Shown in pieces: positions 49,641 to 63,009 of a stretch of 64,000 nucleotides of DNA (the stretch's first letter is position 1; every line of letters begins with the position of its first letter). The DNA comes from Podarcis melisellensis. Its lineage: Eukaryota. Both the position numbers and the translations under genes were made by a program. The notes under the pieces were generated by a model, which had not been told where the DNA came from, searched no databases, and was given only the letters and a program-made list of their open reading frames with translations. The DNA is taken from NCBI GenBank assembly GCA_964234715.1, contig OZ174279.1. The stretch is one strand, 5' to 3'.

Positions 49641-51358
49641 CAGAAACTGTGAGCAAATAGTGTTATATACTTTGCCTTGTAACATGTAAGAAAATGCTTC
49701 CATACATTCATACAACCATATGCAGTCCTGTCTTCTTCCACACAATCACACTGAGCTAAGGGAGGTAAGACTTGCTTTCCAAACCACAGTCCCTTGAGGG
49801 AAGTCAGGGACAAACCAACAATCTTGATTGGGACACAAATGCCTGAGGCAGATAGCTGCCTCGATAGTAAGTGCTATTTATATCCCTTACCTAGAACTGC
49901 TCAGGCTGAGTCACCAGAAGGCCAGTTCTGAGCAGGGATGGCAGGCTGGGAGACAGTTTGAGGTCAGGCAGCGAGTCCTGAGCCCTCCCGCTTTCACAAC
50001 CATCATTTCCCCTCCCCACTCCTGGTCATTTAAATGCCTGTGGCAGAAGAAGGTGAAAGGCACTTCTGGCTTATCAGTGTTTTCTCTCCCTTGCAAAATG
50101 CCAGTGTTTGCTCCTGATTATTAACTAGGCTGCAGTAAAAAGAAGTCACAGCTGTTTGGAGGTTAGAAGGTACCATGTCAAAATAAGAATAATACCACTC
50201 AAAATTCAGCTCAGTTGGAGAGGTGCAGCTGGAAAATTGTGTTTATTGTTGTTTATGATGCAAGTGTAGTAAAAATCTGCGAGGGATCACAGGAGCGTGA
50301 CAATGACAATGCTGTTAGAATGCAAGATCTGCGAGAAGAAAGTGACAGAAATTGAGCATTTAAAAAAAAAAATGAAACCCAATTATCATGCAATAACAAG
50401 GAGCCAAAGAATCTTATTTGCTGGTTCACATCTAATTTAATTCTTTTCTATCACTTGATGACTTGCAACCAAACATGTGAACTGATTCCCTTTGAAAACC
50501 TCCATATTGATGTACTATCTGGGATGGCTCATTCACATAGCTTCATCATCAAATGACACATGTACACATGTGAACTGGCCTTTTGACATTGGTTGGTTTA
50601 TTACACTTTACTTTTTGTGTGATCTGATTCATAACCTGGGAGGGAAGGGAGCTCAGCAGGAGAAAACAATGTCTTCCAAAAAGTCATCTTGATGCAAAGC
50701 ATGGGCTTGTGAGCTGCACTTCTTAGCACCATTCTTCTATTTGCCAGTATGTTAACAAAGGGCTTGCCCCACCCCGCTCCAATTCATTTTGCTGAACTAT
50801 TTCAGCATTGCTAGAAAGAATCCTTAGCATATGCTGGAAACTGAAAGCAACAGGAGGAGAAGAGGAGTATTTGAGCAAAAAATAGCAAATTGTAACAGAG
50901 ACCACTACAATATTTGCATTTTCATTCTATATACTATATTCTAGTTTCTTCTGTTAGTCAGCAAACTTTGTCAATCTGTGTCTGCAACTGTTATCTGGAA
51001 CCTCTAACTTGAACCCACCCCACCCTTTGGCTTTGGGAGCCTTATCAGAAGCTGCTGCAGGAGAGGGACTGTGAGCAACATTATGAGAGAAGTGCTTCTA
51101 GGACTAAGGTGAACCACAGTGAAACTCCCTTCTTACTTTTTCTATTGGATGCAGCATGTTGTTTAAGCAATCTTGTTATACTGATAGTTTTTTATTTTGT
51201 ATGTTTTTGTTTTGCCATGTTATTCCATCCCATTCCAGGGGTGGAGCTCACTGAACCTCCAGATGTTGTTAGATCTCAACTCCCAACAGCCCCGATCATC
51301 ATGGCCAATAAGCAGGAATGATGGGAGCTGTAGTCCAGCAATAGGTTTGCCACCCCCG

Positions 51359-51399
51359 GTGCTCCCAATTATTCAAACAGTGCTCCCAATTATTCAAAC
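51359..51399. repeat. 21-bp tandem duplication at a MITE edge
   Basis: GTGCTCCCAATTATTCAAAC x2. Confidence 0.9.
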
Positions 51400-52519
51400 T
51401 GTGTGATGTTTCTGCCATGTAATCCTAAAGCAGTTCAGGGCCATGTAACTGCAGCTGACCCACTCTTATCTGATGAGTCAGGTGTTTACCACAAAAGGAA
51501 TTCACAATAGATAAGATTGCACCAGTGTCTTAGCAGTGTTGGTGTGACTCTGGCTTATGTACAGATTTGTACAATTGTACACTCCCATACTTTTCTCTGT
51601 GTATAACTGTATCACCTGAAATTTAACATTTCACAAATAAAAAAGGGGATATTGGAAAAGGAAAACATGACCATAGTTTATCAGATACAGCAGCTTTGAA
51701 CACTTATTGTTATCAGCATGGGAAGTGTTCGGCCCAAGATTTATTATTTATTTATTTGAATTCTATATTGCCATTCATCTGATAATAGGGCAGTTTACAA
51801 TATAAAACCACAAAAATATACAGCATAACAAAAAATACACCCCTCGGGTTTTAAAGACCATACAGACAACCCCCCCCCCCCATTTATGAGTTCAATATGT
51901 GCATGAATGTGCACAACCACATCGTGCCAAATCCAGAAATGACCCGAAAATTCACAAAAAGGGGCAGGGTGTTTGCAGTCTTTCTCAATGGTGTTTCAAA
52001 TATACACGATTCACTGACACACACGATGTAGCTAGCACCTGTAATTTATTTAAACCATAAAGGTCAGGATTGCAGAACTTATGGTCCTGTAGATGTTGTT
52101 GAACTATATCTTCCATCATCCATGATCACAGATTATGTTGACTGCGGCTGATGGGAGTTGGAATCCAATAACATCTGGAGGACCACAGATCCTGATGGAT
52201 ATGTACCCTTTGTGCTGCATCATAGACCATACACTGACACGATTTCCCTTATTACAGGTAATACTCAGTAGATGAAGGGATGAATGTGTGTGCAATGTGG
52301 ACCTGGCCAGCTTGACATGAATCATATACACAGCAAGCAATGACCTCAACTATACAGCAAGTGCGGGCATAACCTAAACTGCCATAGAATGTATATTTAT
52401 AAATACTTCATCTCTTCCTGGAAAAAGATGATTTTGCAGAAAGAAAAATGGAGCTTGAGATGTATGGACATATCTCTAGTTTGTCCCATCAAAAGAATGG
52501 GCAATTTTTCCAAAAGGTA

Positions 52520-52760
52520 CACTGGTACCTCGGGTTACAGATGATTCAGGTTACATACGCTTCAGGTTACAGATTCCGCTAACCCAGAAATAATACCTTA
52601 GGTTAAGAACTTTGCTTCAGGATGAGAACAGAAATCGTGTTCTGGCAGTGCAGCAGCAGGAGGAGGCCCATTAGCTAAAGTGGTGCCTCAGGTTAAGAAC
52701 AGTTTCAGGTTAAGAATGGACCTCTGGAATGAGTTAAGTTCTTAACCCAAGGTACCACTG
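52520..52760. mobile_element. Tigger-like MITE, copy 3
   Basis: Same TIRs (one mismatch), TA TSD and internal sequence. Confidence 0.9.
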
Positions 52761-55700
52761 TAGATGATTGGGAGGGCGGGAGAGAGAGATTTGAAACTCT
52801 CTGAGCTCATCCTGGAACTTTAAGCAAACAATCATTTTATTCAAATGGTATACAACTTATGAAAACACCAGATCTGTTGATGGGCATGAACAATGGCAGT
52901 GAAACTGTACATGAATGAGGCACAAGACAGGGAAGGCAGACCAATCACTTCAAATTGTAAGGTGTTTGCAGAGTTATAAGCCTTAATGACTAAACCTGCC
53001 TACGTAGAGCAAATAAATTCCCTGAGCAAAGCTTAAATGTTGGAGTCACCTTCTTGGTGTTGCGGCAGCCCTACCTTGAGGGGGATCAGATCAGTGACAG
53101 ATGGCAGGTACCTGCCTTTGAAGTGTCATTGCTGTGCCAAAATGCAGAACTGCAGGGTGAGCCTCAGTGGGGGGAGCCACAGCCTCCCTACCTCTGAGAG
53201 AGAGTTAGCTCCAGCTTTGAGGGAGAATGTGATATTCCCCCCCACACACCTGTGCTGCCACGAGGAAAGGTGACACTCAAATTGCTTTGCAAGTGGGAAG
53301 CGTTCTGCTGGATGCCCTTTCCAGCCTGTTTCTCAGTCATTCCACACAGTTCTCCTTTCCAAGGTTGCCTGAACTGATCAAATCTGTAGCTCCGGATCAT
53401 CAGTTCCAGGCCTCTGCAAGACACTCAGGTTATTAATATTCTTTGAAGGACTTTGTATGCACATAAAGGAGCCCCTCGCAAGAATAGCAGGGTTTTCTAG
53501 GAAAATAATCTCCCACTTCTAGGGAGAACAGAAAACCGCACAGACTGCATGGGGTCAGTGCCGATTAGAGTTCACACCTGAATGTCAGGATCTGCCCCAC
53601 AATGAGCATTTGACAGGCAACATTTGTATGGGCATCAGAAAATCTGTACAGAATATACGTGCCTGGAAGCATAATGAATAACACTACACATGTACACAGA
53701 GAGAATTGCTTTGATAACCTTGATCAATTTGTGGGATTTTGCATATTAGTATCTTTGCTACAAAGAACCAGCCATACTGTTGCTGCAACTGTAATATTTA
53801 TTTATGAATGGATAAAGATTTAAATTGTTTATATGAAATTATTTATAAACAGCAGAAGAGCTATGTGTCTTACTAAAATGTCACTACAGAAGCACTCTTA
53901 AAAGATCCAGCTTTATTTTAAGGAGAGAAAAAGAATGCGGAAAGGCAAATGGTCACATGAAAAGTGGTGGTTTTCCTGTCTCCTTAAGCATCTCCCCAAA
54001 AGCTGAACAAACTGGGATTTTTTTTTATGTACCCAGTTTTAGGAAAAACTGATCCAATAGCTTTCCCTGATTCTGAAAGGGCTTTTCTTACAAAGGGTCC
54101 AGACTCAGACATAAATGACATTACATAACAAAGGACATTGGTGGAGACTTCATGGTGCATCCCAAGTTCAGTTAATTTAGTGTCGTGCCAAAGGTTGAAA
54201 CATAGGAGACATCGGGATATCTCTGCCAATACAGATATTTATGGCAAGGTGCTCTCATCCTTGCTGAAATGGGACTTCTTAGGGAAGGCATTAGATGTAT
54301 TAGCTATTGGACTGCATTTTGGAATTAATTGGGTCACAGTGTAACCACCTCCTTGTGACTGGATGTACCTCCAGTTTATACCAGCGCAGCCTCACACAAT
54401 AAGGGCTTCCTGTGATGATCACATGGTATTCTCTCATTATTAGAACAAAGCAATTCTGGACATGTGCAGAGCTCCAGTTGAACCAACCTCCTCTGTAAGA
54501 AAGGACAGGCAGAAGCAGCAAAGTATGAGAAGTGGCTGGTTGAATCCGTAATTCAGCTGAACAGTCCACTTATCCTAATCAATGTTTATTCCACACTGCA
54601 CAGCTAACCTATTCATCAGCATGAGGATAGGGAAGGGTGAAACTAATCCAAATGTCAAGCGGATGAGATCTCCTTAAACAGACAAATGCTGGTAAAATTT
54701 ATGAGCAGAGAGCTCTGTTCTCAGTACTGGCATCAAAACACAAAGGGGAGTCTTGCCTACCATAGAATCTCTCTTTCCCATGCCCTGAATGCAAGCTTAC
54801 TTTATTCTGCTGTCCAAGATGGAATGGAAGTGGCATGGAATAAGCCAGACCGGTAGTGGGAGTAGCCCTCTAAACAAATGGCTCTCATCCACCTCCTTGG
54901 TTCTGGGTGAGATGTTGGGGGCAGGGGAAGATGGCTGCTAGCAGCTGTAGACTGAAAGAATGCAACAGTGTGTGACAAAACAACACCAAAGCATGTGAGC
55001 AGTCCAGTTGTCAGTAAAAATAAATGTGTATAGGCAAGAGACGTTGAGAAGGGAAACTGTGAATTTTGTGGATTTACAAATGCAAGTATGGCAGGTAAGC
55101 ACAACATCTCCACTACTACAATAAAGGCTACCTCCCTGTCCCCAACCTCTGCACTGTGCTATTCAAATGATGTCACTCTTGCCAATTTGAGAACTGCTTC
55201 AACTCAAACAGGGCTAAGGCTTCTTCTGCATGCATACAGATACAGAGGCATGCCTAAGGGTTAGATAGGTGGGCCGCCACCAAGGGCACAGACCCAGAGG
55301 GATGCAAAAATCACACCTCTCCACTCTGGCTCGGAGTGGTTAGGAGAACTCCACCCGCTTGCGCACTCCCCGGGCCACTCCTCTGCTGTTCTGGGCAGCC
55401 AGGTGAGGCACACAGGCTCTTCCGGGCACCTTGGCAGAGGAATCTGGTCACCGGCATGGGTCCTGCAGGGCCCCCTCCACAGTTGACTGGTGTTGCTATG
55501 AGAAGTGTGAGTGAGGCACCCAGCAGGGCTCAGAGGGAAGAAAGAGGGAGAGAGTGGGCATGAGTTGCAGGAGGAGGGGGGGGGGGAAAGAAACCAGAAG
55601 GGAAAGCAGTGAGCCAAGGGAGGCAGGCAAGCAGATGGACGGACGGACCAATGGAGGAGGAGGAGGAGAGGTGGAGCAGAGCAGACCTGATCCTGATGGC

Positions 55701-58700
55701 TGCAGAGGAAGTCATTGGCAGAGCACGAAAGGCAACAAGAATAAAGTTTTTTGAGTTTCTGGTACATGGTCTCTCCTGGCTTCAGAGGTGCTGATACATT
55801 TTCTTGCCGAGGGGCAAAATGGAAAGGGAGGGAGCCTAGGTACGCCTCTGTACAGATAACAAGTAACATGCAACAGATAATGTGTAAATATCAGGAAACC
55901 AAGTGCTACCTGTCCTCATATATGCATAAGGACCACAAGAAACAGTTATTTGCTATTAAAAAGACGTCTTGGTGCATAAAGCATTCAGCCTGCAGCAGAA
56001 GTGAAATCCCAGTTTATCTATCCATTTGAAAATAACCTTGAGCAGGCCCAACTTGGTTTTCTCAAGTGTAAACAGGAAAAAACGAACTACTACTACTTCG
56101 TAAGGCAACTTTGAACATGTGTGGAATAAATATGAAATGTTATTTTTTTCAGGTTCAGTGCTAGGGTGGAACCTTAACATATTAACTCTGATAAGCCAAA
56201 ACTCTGGTGTGAGAGTAAGCTCCAAACAGATTTAACTTCCACATAAAGTATTTAGCACCATAGTGTAACTATTTGATCCATGAAGATTTTTTAGTATTAT
56301 CTGTCTGATCCAAGAAATCAGATGCTCTGGAAACACAGGGATGGATGGAAAGACAGACAGATAGGGGGGGGAGAGAGAAAGAGAGAGAGCACCTTCTCTC
56401 TGAGGCTCAGTTAGAACTTGCAAAAGAGCAAAATGCTCTGCCCTCTGCCTGCAGCAAAGGAGGAAAATGGCTGCAGGGCAAGTTAAAAGCTCCTACCATA
56501 CTGGGAAGCAAGAACAAAGTGAATCAGAAATTACTGAGGATGATGCAGTGCTGTTGGAAAAGGAAGCTTTTAAGAGAACAATCCCAGGACTTGAAAGGAG
56601 GTTAAGAGAGCTGCTTTCTCCAGTAGAGTAGAACAGAGACTTGGTCCTTGATTTAACTGTCTGAACAAAATCTATCACATATGGAAGTGAGATGCTGAAG
56701 CTAAAGCCACGTTTGATGCAATATTAAGCAACCACAAAATGGCTTGGAGAATGAATCCTATAGGTACATTAATTAATGCAAAATATTTGTTAGATTTGTG
56801 CACATGCACAAGCTGCTGGTAAATAATCCTATGTATTAGAACTATCCACATATCCAACCTCAGCTCATGAGATAACCCAGACGCATGCTGTGTCACTTGG
56901 GCAGAATATTTTTTTACATGCCTGCACACATGGGATGGATTTCTGAAGCTTATTGGTAAAGCCGAAATGTCACAGTGGAACTGGCTCAAAGAAAACAGCT
57001 TGAAGGCTTTCTTGAAATATAAATAAGCCCATCAATACCCTTCTGAAATAGAAACTCTATTTTTTAGATACATAGCCAGAGTTATGAGTGGGATCCTGTT
57101 ACATGTAAGTCACATTGGGTGTAGAGCCCTGCAGAGAGCAGAATTGAACCTCAACTAGCTGAACCCCCTCTCCCCACTCAATGGATTAACTCTGAGAGAT
57201 GAGTGGTCCTGCCTACCTGTCAGTCATCTCATCAGCAAGAGCGACCCTGCCCACCTGCAAACATTGGCCCATGCAGTCGAGGGAAATAAAGTTCTGGTCC
57301 GCCAGGCCAAAAGGAGTCCCTACTCCTCATTTACCACAAACATTTTAGCAAATTTGTTCTGTCTAGATCAGAAATGGGGAACCTTTCTCAGTCCAAAGGC
57401 TGCACTCACTCCTCACTCATGAGCAGCAATTCAGGGGCCACCTGCCAGTGATGGGTGGAGCCCAAATCAAAAGGGGGTGGAGCACCAAATCAGACTTTTA
57501 CCCATGTACAACAAGCACCTTCCATGCTACACTTCCTCTGCCCTCCATCCAGGTAAGTGAGAGAGATTCCATATGGGAACCAATGACTAAGAGGTGCAGC
57601 TTGAATGGTAAATATGACCCAGCTGTGCCAGCGGAATAGGATTCTATTATCAATACTTATCATTGTCCATTTCTGATCCACTGCAGGGTTGCCATACGTC
57701 TGGAATTTCCAGGACATACCTGGAATACTGCAGCCAGAAGCAGTGTCTGGGCGGAAATCGGTGAAATGTCCAGGAAATTCCTGATGTACAGCAACCAATG
57801 TTGACAGTGTCCAAAAGTTCAAAAACTCTTTCAGCAAAACTACTTTGCACAGTTTTTTTAAAGCACTGTTTCCATTAAATTAGAGATGGGGAACTTGTGG
57901 CCCTCCCATCAGTCCCAGACAACATGGCCAATGGCCAAGGATAATGGGACTTGTAGTCCAGCAACATCCAGAGGACCACCCTCTACTAAATACTTTCCAC
58001 TGTGGAGCCATGTCCAACACATGCATGTTTTTGAGCCAAAATCTTTCTAGTACTTCCTCATTTTTGTGTGATTAGAGGGAAGAGCAATTACCCACAGCAA
58101 TCTCCAGTCAAACTGGTTTCATGGCCTCTCGGCTTCTACAATCACAACAGTAGAGATTGAAAGAAAAATCTGCCTTCTCTGCCAAGAGCTTTCTCTGTTG
58201 GCAACCTTCAGCTTCAAAGCACCATCCATGCACCAAATGGGAATCTCACAATGTGTTTTACACATCTTAATGTGAGGAAGCATTCTGATGTGACAGCAAT
58301 TCTATACACTATGTTCCAGCAGTTCACCTTGGACCCGTTTTTCAATTTATCCTTCTCAGCCTTTGCCTCTCTCCTTGTGAAATAAGATCAGCCTTATATT
58401 TGGGTAAGATCAAAGGTGTAGAACATCTGACCAATATAAATTCTCCTGTGCTACACAGTAGAAGAGAACAGCATTTGGATATTATTCTTGCCCCTTTTAA
58501 CTGGGAAGTGTCTTTAGCCACATTGGGTTCTAGCCTGCGTAGACCAGAGAATACCCTTCTGCTCTGGGTTGGTGGGTACAGTTGTTTTGTTTTGCCTTTT
58601 TGCACAGCTCCATTTGCCTTCAGCTCCACTCTCTGTCTCCTTTGGGTTGTGCTGCCTTCCTCCAACCCCTGCCAATTCCAGGAAATATGTGCTACTGAGC

Positions 58701-61700
58701 CCTCAGGGTGTCAGCTTCTACATAGCATTTCAGACTGTGTGAATCTGTACAAGTTAAAATGCTCAGTGAAGCAAGTGGAAGTCTGCATCTGTAAGAACAT
58801 GCACTTTGGAGTCCTGTGTGCTTACCTCCATTTGCCTAGTACGTATGTCCCATTGATTTCTACAATCCTTAGATGCTAGTTTATGCTCTAATAATACAAT
58901 TACAGTCAGCACCCCTTGTACTACACAAAATAGGAAACTAGAATGTGGATGACAGACTAGATTCCAGAGCTTATAAGCCTAGTGTCTACTTTGAAGCAGC
59001 TCTGAATGTTGTTTGCTTGCACAGCCTCCTGATGCTTCCATTTCAAGGGAAACAGTTTGGTGTCCAATGAAGGCTGCTTTGAGAGACAGCATAAAGGGAT
59101 AAATGATTGTGCAATGGAGTAAGTCCCAGCCAGGACGACCGTTTTTGTTTGTTTTGCAGGGGAAAAAGACGGGGTGCTTTCAAAAGGGAGAAAGTGACTC
59201 TATTTTCTTGAAAAAACAATGACAGAGGATGCTTAGGTCTCAAAGAGAGACAATTCCCTTCCTTTTATGGGAATGAGATCAATGAGATTAGGAACCAGAA
59301 ACAACTGCTTCACACTGCTGGACAGTTCTCCCCAATTTGGATTTTATGCACTAGGTTCACTTGGCTTTGGTTTTTATTTGAAGTGCTAAAACAAAATTAG
59401 AGCAAAACAAATCTACATGTCATTGCAAACCTGCCAGAATGTTTTAGTCCACTTCTTATATGTTGTACACAACACCTGCTCTTCTAGATTAAAACCTGTC
59501 TGTAAATATGGGCATGTTCACACATGAGCACCTCCAGGGGCAAGTGCCAAATACATCATGCCATAGCGGGGTACATCCATAGCGTCTGGGGATTCAAGGC
59601 CTTAGGTCAGCCTAGATACATGGACACCAGAGAGACAATGGAACAACACAACCAGAAGCTCCATCAAGGTATGTCAGAATAAATACACACACAGAAAGCA
59701 GCCTGTCAGCCTCTCTTCCTGCTTCTATTTCCCACAGAGATCAAACAACAAAAGATTGTGGCAGAATTCACCCTCTGTACTTCTGAGCCAGCTACTTAGC
59801 TTCCATTCACTGTTTATGTTTATAGGAACATCGCTTTGACAAATGGAAGAGGGATGCATTGAAAAGCATGGCCTGTGGAGAGATTTTCCTGTTGCCGCTT
59901 CTTTAGAAACAGCATGAAAAAATGTACTCCCTGAAGGAGGAACATCTCAGCACTAATGGTTTAGAACATACCCACCATAACAAGGCTCCATCAGCCTTGC
60001 TGGCTGTGTTATTTTTATTTATTTATTTCATGAAATTTATACACCGCTTGATTATTTAAAAACCACAAATCAGTTTACAAAAACCAGGAGAGGAACTTTT
60101 GTGGGCTTGTTTACAATGCTATCATAACTGTTTCCAAAAAGATCACAAAGAAACCAAAAGAAATCAAGGTCTGCCCTGAATCCCAGGGAGGAAGCCAGCA
60201 AACACTTCTCACAATGCAGCTGTCTGTCCTGAAGGCTCCAGTCTTGGCCAGGAGTTTTATCAGAGTAGTTTTCCCAAGCAGCAAGCCTTTAACAATAAGC
60301 AATAGCTAAATGCTCTGTACAATGACAGCTGTTTCTCAGTTTATCCTCAGCAAGGATGCCGCATTCATCCATCACTCCTGTCGAAAAATGAAATGTTATT
60401 TACTGGGTCTGGAGGATGCCTCCATAGCTATGCCCAGTAATCATGCTGGGGAGGTTTAAAGCAGCATGGTATTTTATAATATAGGGTTGCAGGGATACAT
60501 ACTTCATGCACTATTCAAGTCACTGAGAGGGAACAAGATTGTATTAACAGCTGCCTCTCCTTACCAGACCACTCAGTAGTACCAATGTGGATTAGCTCTC
60601 TTAGAGGCCCCTTAAGTAATTTATTCTTCTTATGACCACAAATTCCTCCTCAAATTTCAGCCACACTAAGATAATGTGGTGGGAAGTTTTCTCAGATTTT
60701 ATTAAGATAAGGCAACCGATTATGGACTGAACTGATACATCATCCCGTAAAATATGCATGATTTCACAGTTTTGAGATGAGCATACCCCCAGCTGTTTCA
60801 TCTTTGTTCCAATGCAGGGGTAGACAACATGGTGCCCTCCAAATGTTGTGATTTACAGCTCCTATGATCCCTGCCCATAGGCCATGCTGGCCAGAGGTTA
60901 ATGGGAGTTGTAGACCACAACATCTGGAGAGCACTATGGAAACTACCTTGTTCTGATGCATATCCCAGCTTTCAGTGCCAATTGGCACTCCCAGGGGAGC
61001 TTGTAAAAGCATTAAATGACACTGTACACAAACATCTAAAACATCAATAATAGTACAACACAGAACTTCATTCACACAGCTTCTTATAAGGCTCAGACGA
61101 TTCCTTCCATTGCTGGTGTTACAATTCATGGCTCCCTTGAGCAGCAAAAACCCCATTGCTCTCAATAATAAAATAATCAGTTTGCCCGAGACTGGGTGGG
61201 AGGCAGTTTCTAGAATCCAGAGCAACAGAATTCAATCTCATACCACAATCCTGGATTGTTTACCAATGAAATCCCACCTGCCAGGGAATAGAGCCCTTGC
61301 TGCCTAGCCAAATTAAGTACATATTCGCAGATCATTTTCACAAGCTGATGTTAAAGCAAGTTAATTTTTCCAATATATTTGCACATCTTTTGAATGGTTC
61401 AACATATGGTCGGAGTCATGTGCTGTTTTTCATCTTTTAATTTTTGTCTGATCCTATCATTGTTATCACTTTTTTTAAAATAAATTATAACATGGAGGAA
61501 TAATAATAATAAACTTTACCAAAAAATCCAGATGCTCAGATTATACATAAAGTAGCATATCTGAATTCAGCCCATTTAAAAAAGACTTTTCCAAACTTAA
61601 GACGATGCACTGCAGTGATTTGGCCTTAGGCACTCAGTTATGGAGACTAGGTGGAAGTTCACCTCTGCCAATCTCACAGAAGTGCTTTTTTCTTTTCTTT

Positions 61701-62973
61701 TCTTTTTGAGAAACAAAACTGTGGGGAAAGGGCAGAATACTGTATAAATGTAATAAAAACTGTCACTATTTGGATTACGTTGAGTCATTAACTAGAGCAA
61801 TTCAACACATGTAATCCACTGCAAGTCGAATTAGAATTATTATTTTGAGTGATCAGAGCTGTTTTCTCCTTTGCATCTCACATGGTCCTAATCCCTCTTC
61901 TGCTGCTGCAGTTTGATTCTGTAGAAACTTAATTTGCAGGTTCTGGGAGATTGAAAAGCAAAACTACCACATTTAAGCTCTGCAATGGGAGGATGTCCTT
62001 CAAAGAAAAACATCTCTCACTCTCTCTTGCAAGAGTTTCAAAGTAGCAGGGTGGGGGGGAAAGGGTGATAAACTCTGGGTTAAGAAACCATAAAACAGGT
62101 TGTTTTAGAACCTTTTATAAGCTCCATTAGAAACATAAGCTTCAGGCAAGAGCTGCCTGCCACAAGAATTTCTCAAGAGCCCTCCTTCTCTTTACAAGAA
62201 TGACTGCAAACACTCCAACATGTTCCTACAATTACCTTTTCAAACTGTTCCTATGGCATGGTTGCGTACATCACCCAAGGACACGTAATGTTTACAAGCA
62301 CCTTCCTTCTTACAGCAGATATCCAGAAGACTTGTCCCTCTGCACATGCCTCCAGTGAATACCTCGTATGCTAAAGACAGTTTGATATTTAGGCCATCAT
62401 TTTTCTTGATATTGTATTTAATGCTTGTTTTGAATAGAAAATGGATGTGTACAGATCTGGATGAGCCAAGCAGTGAGTCCTCTGGTAAAATACATTTTGT
62501 CTTCCAATGCTTTCCTCCCAGTCACATACCAACAGACATGCACTACTCAGAGGTGTTACCCCACACATTGCATGCCCGCCAATACCACTGTGAAACAATA
62601 ACAAGAGGCTTTCTGCTGTGGTGACACGCTGTAGCAGATCCGATTGTAATTGCTGCCTGCATTATGAGTTTAACTGAAAGGCCTAAGGAGTTCAATTCAA
62701 ACAATATTAATTTTCAATCACTCCTTTTAGCTCTCAGGGGAGTCTGCATCGTGTCTATTTCATGGATGGATGCAGTTCCAGCTGCTAAAATTCATCATTC
62801 AGTGACCAGCTACAGCCATTTATCCTCCTACGAGATCCGAAAGGCAAAGACCCACAAAGGAGCTGTCAAACCACATCAGACTTGGAAAGGGAACAGGCTC
62901 AACTCTCCATTGCTTCCAAAAACTCAAATGAAGAGAGCAGTCCTCTTGCCACAGTGGATGTGTAGTCAAAAAT

Positions 62974-63009
62974 AGCAGCAGCAGCAACAACAACAACAAC
63001 AACAACAAC
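62974..63009. repeat. Compound (CAG)n(CAA)n microsatellite
   Basis: Seen directly. Confidence 0.9.

Larger units (their letters stand above)
3097..60930. repeat. Dispersed ~120-bp palindromic (hAT-like) MITE family, about 13 copies: ~3097, 4055, 4683, 5130, 8148, 25665, 28210, 29163, 45171, 51237, 52070, 57884, 60814
   Basis: Recurring cagatgtt..gactacaactcccatca...tgatgggagttgtagtc..aacatctggagg. Copy boundaries are approximate. Confidence 0.8.

Noticed and set aside
55261-55869. 202-aa - strand ORF
   Set aside because: Low complexity, non-ATG start, no homology recognised, no signal peptide in a frame matching SEMA4G.
58400-58879. 159-aa + strand ORF
   Set aside because: Non-ATG start, no recognisable motif or splice context.
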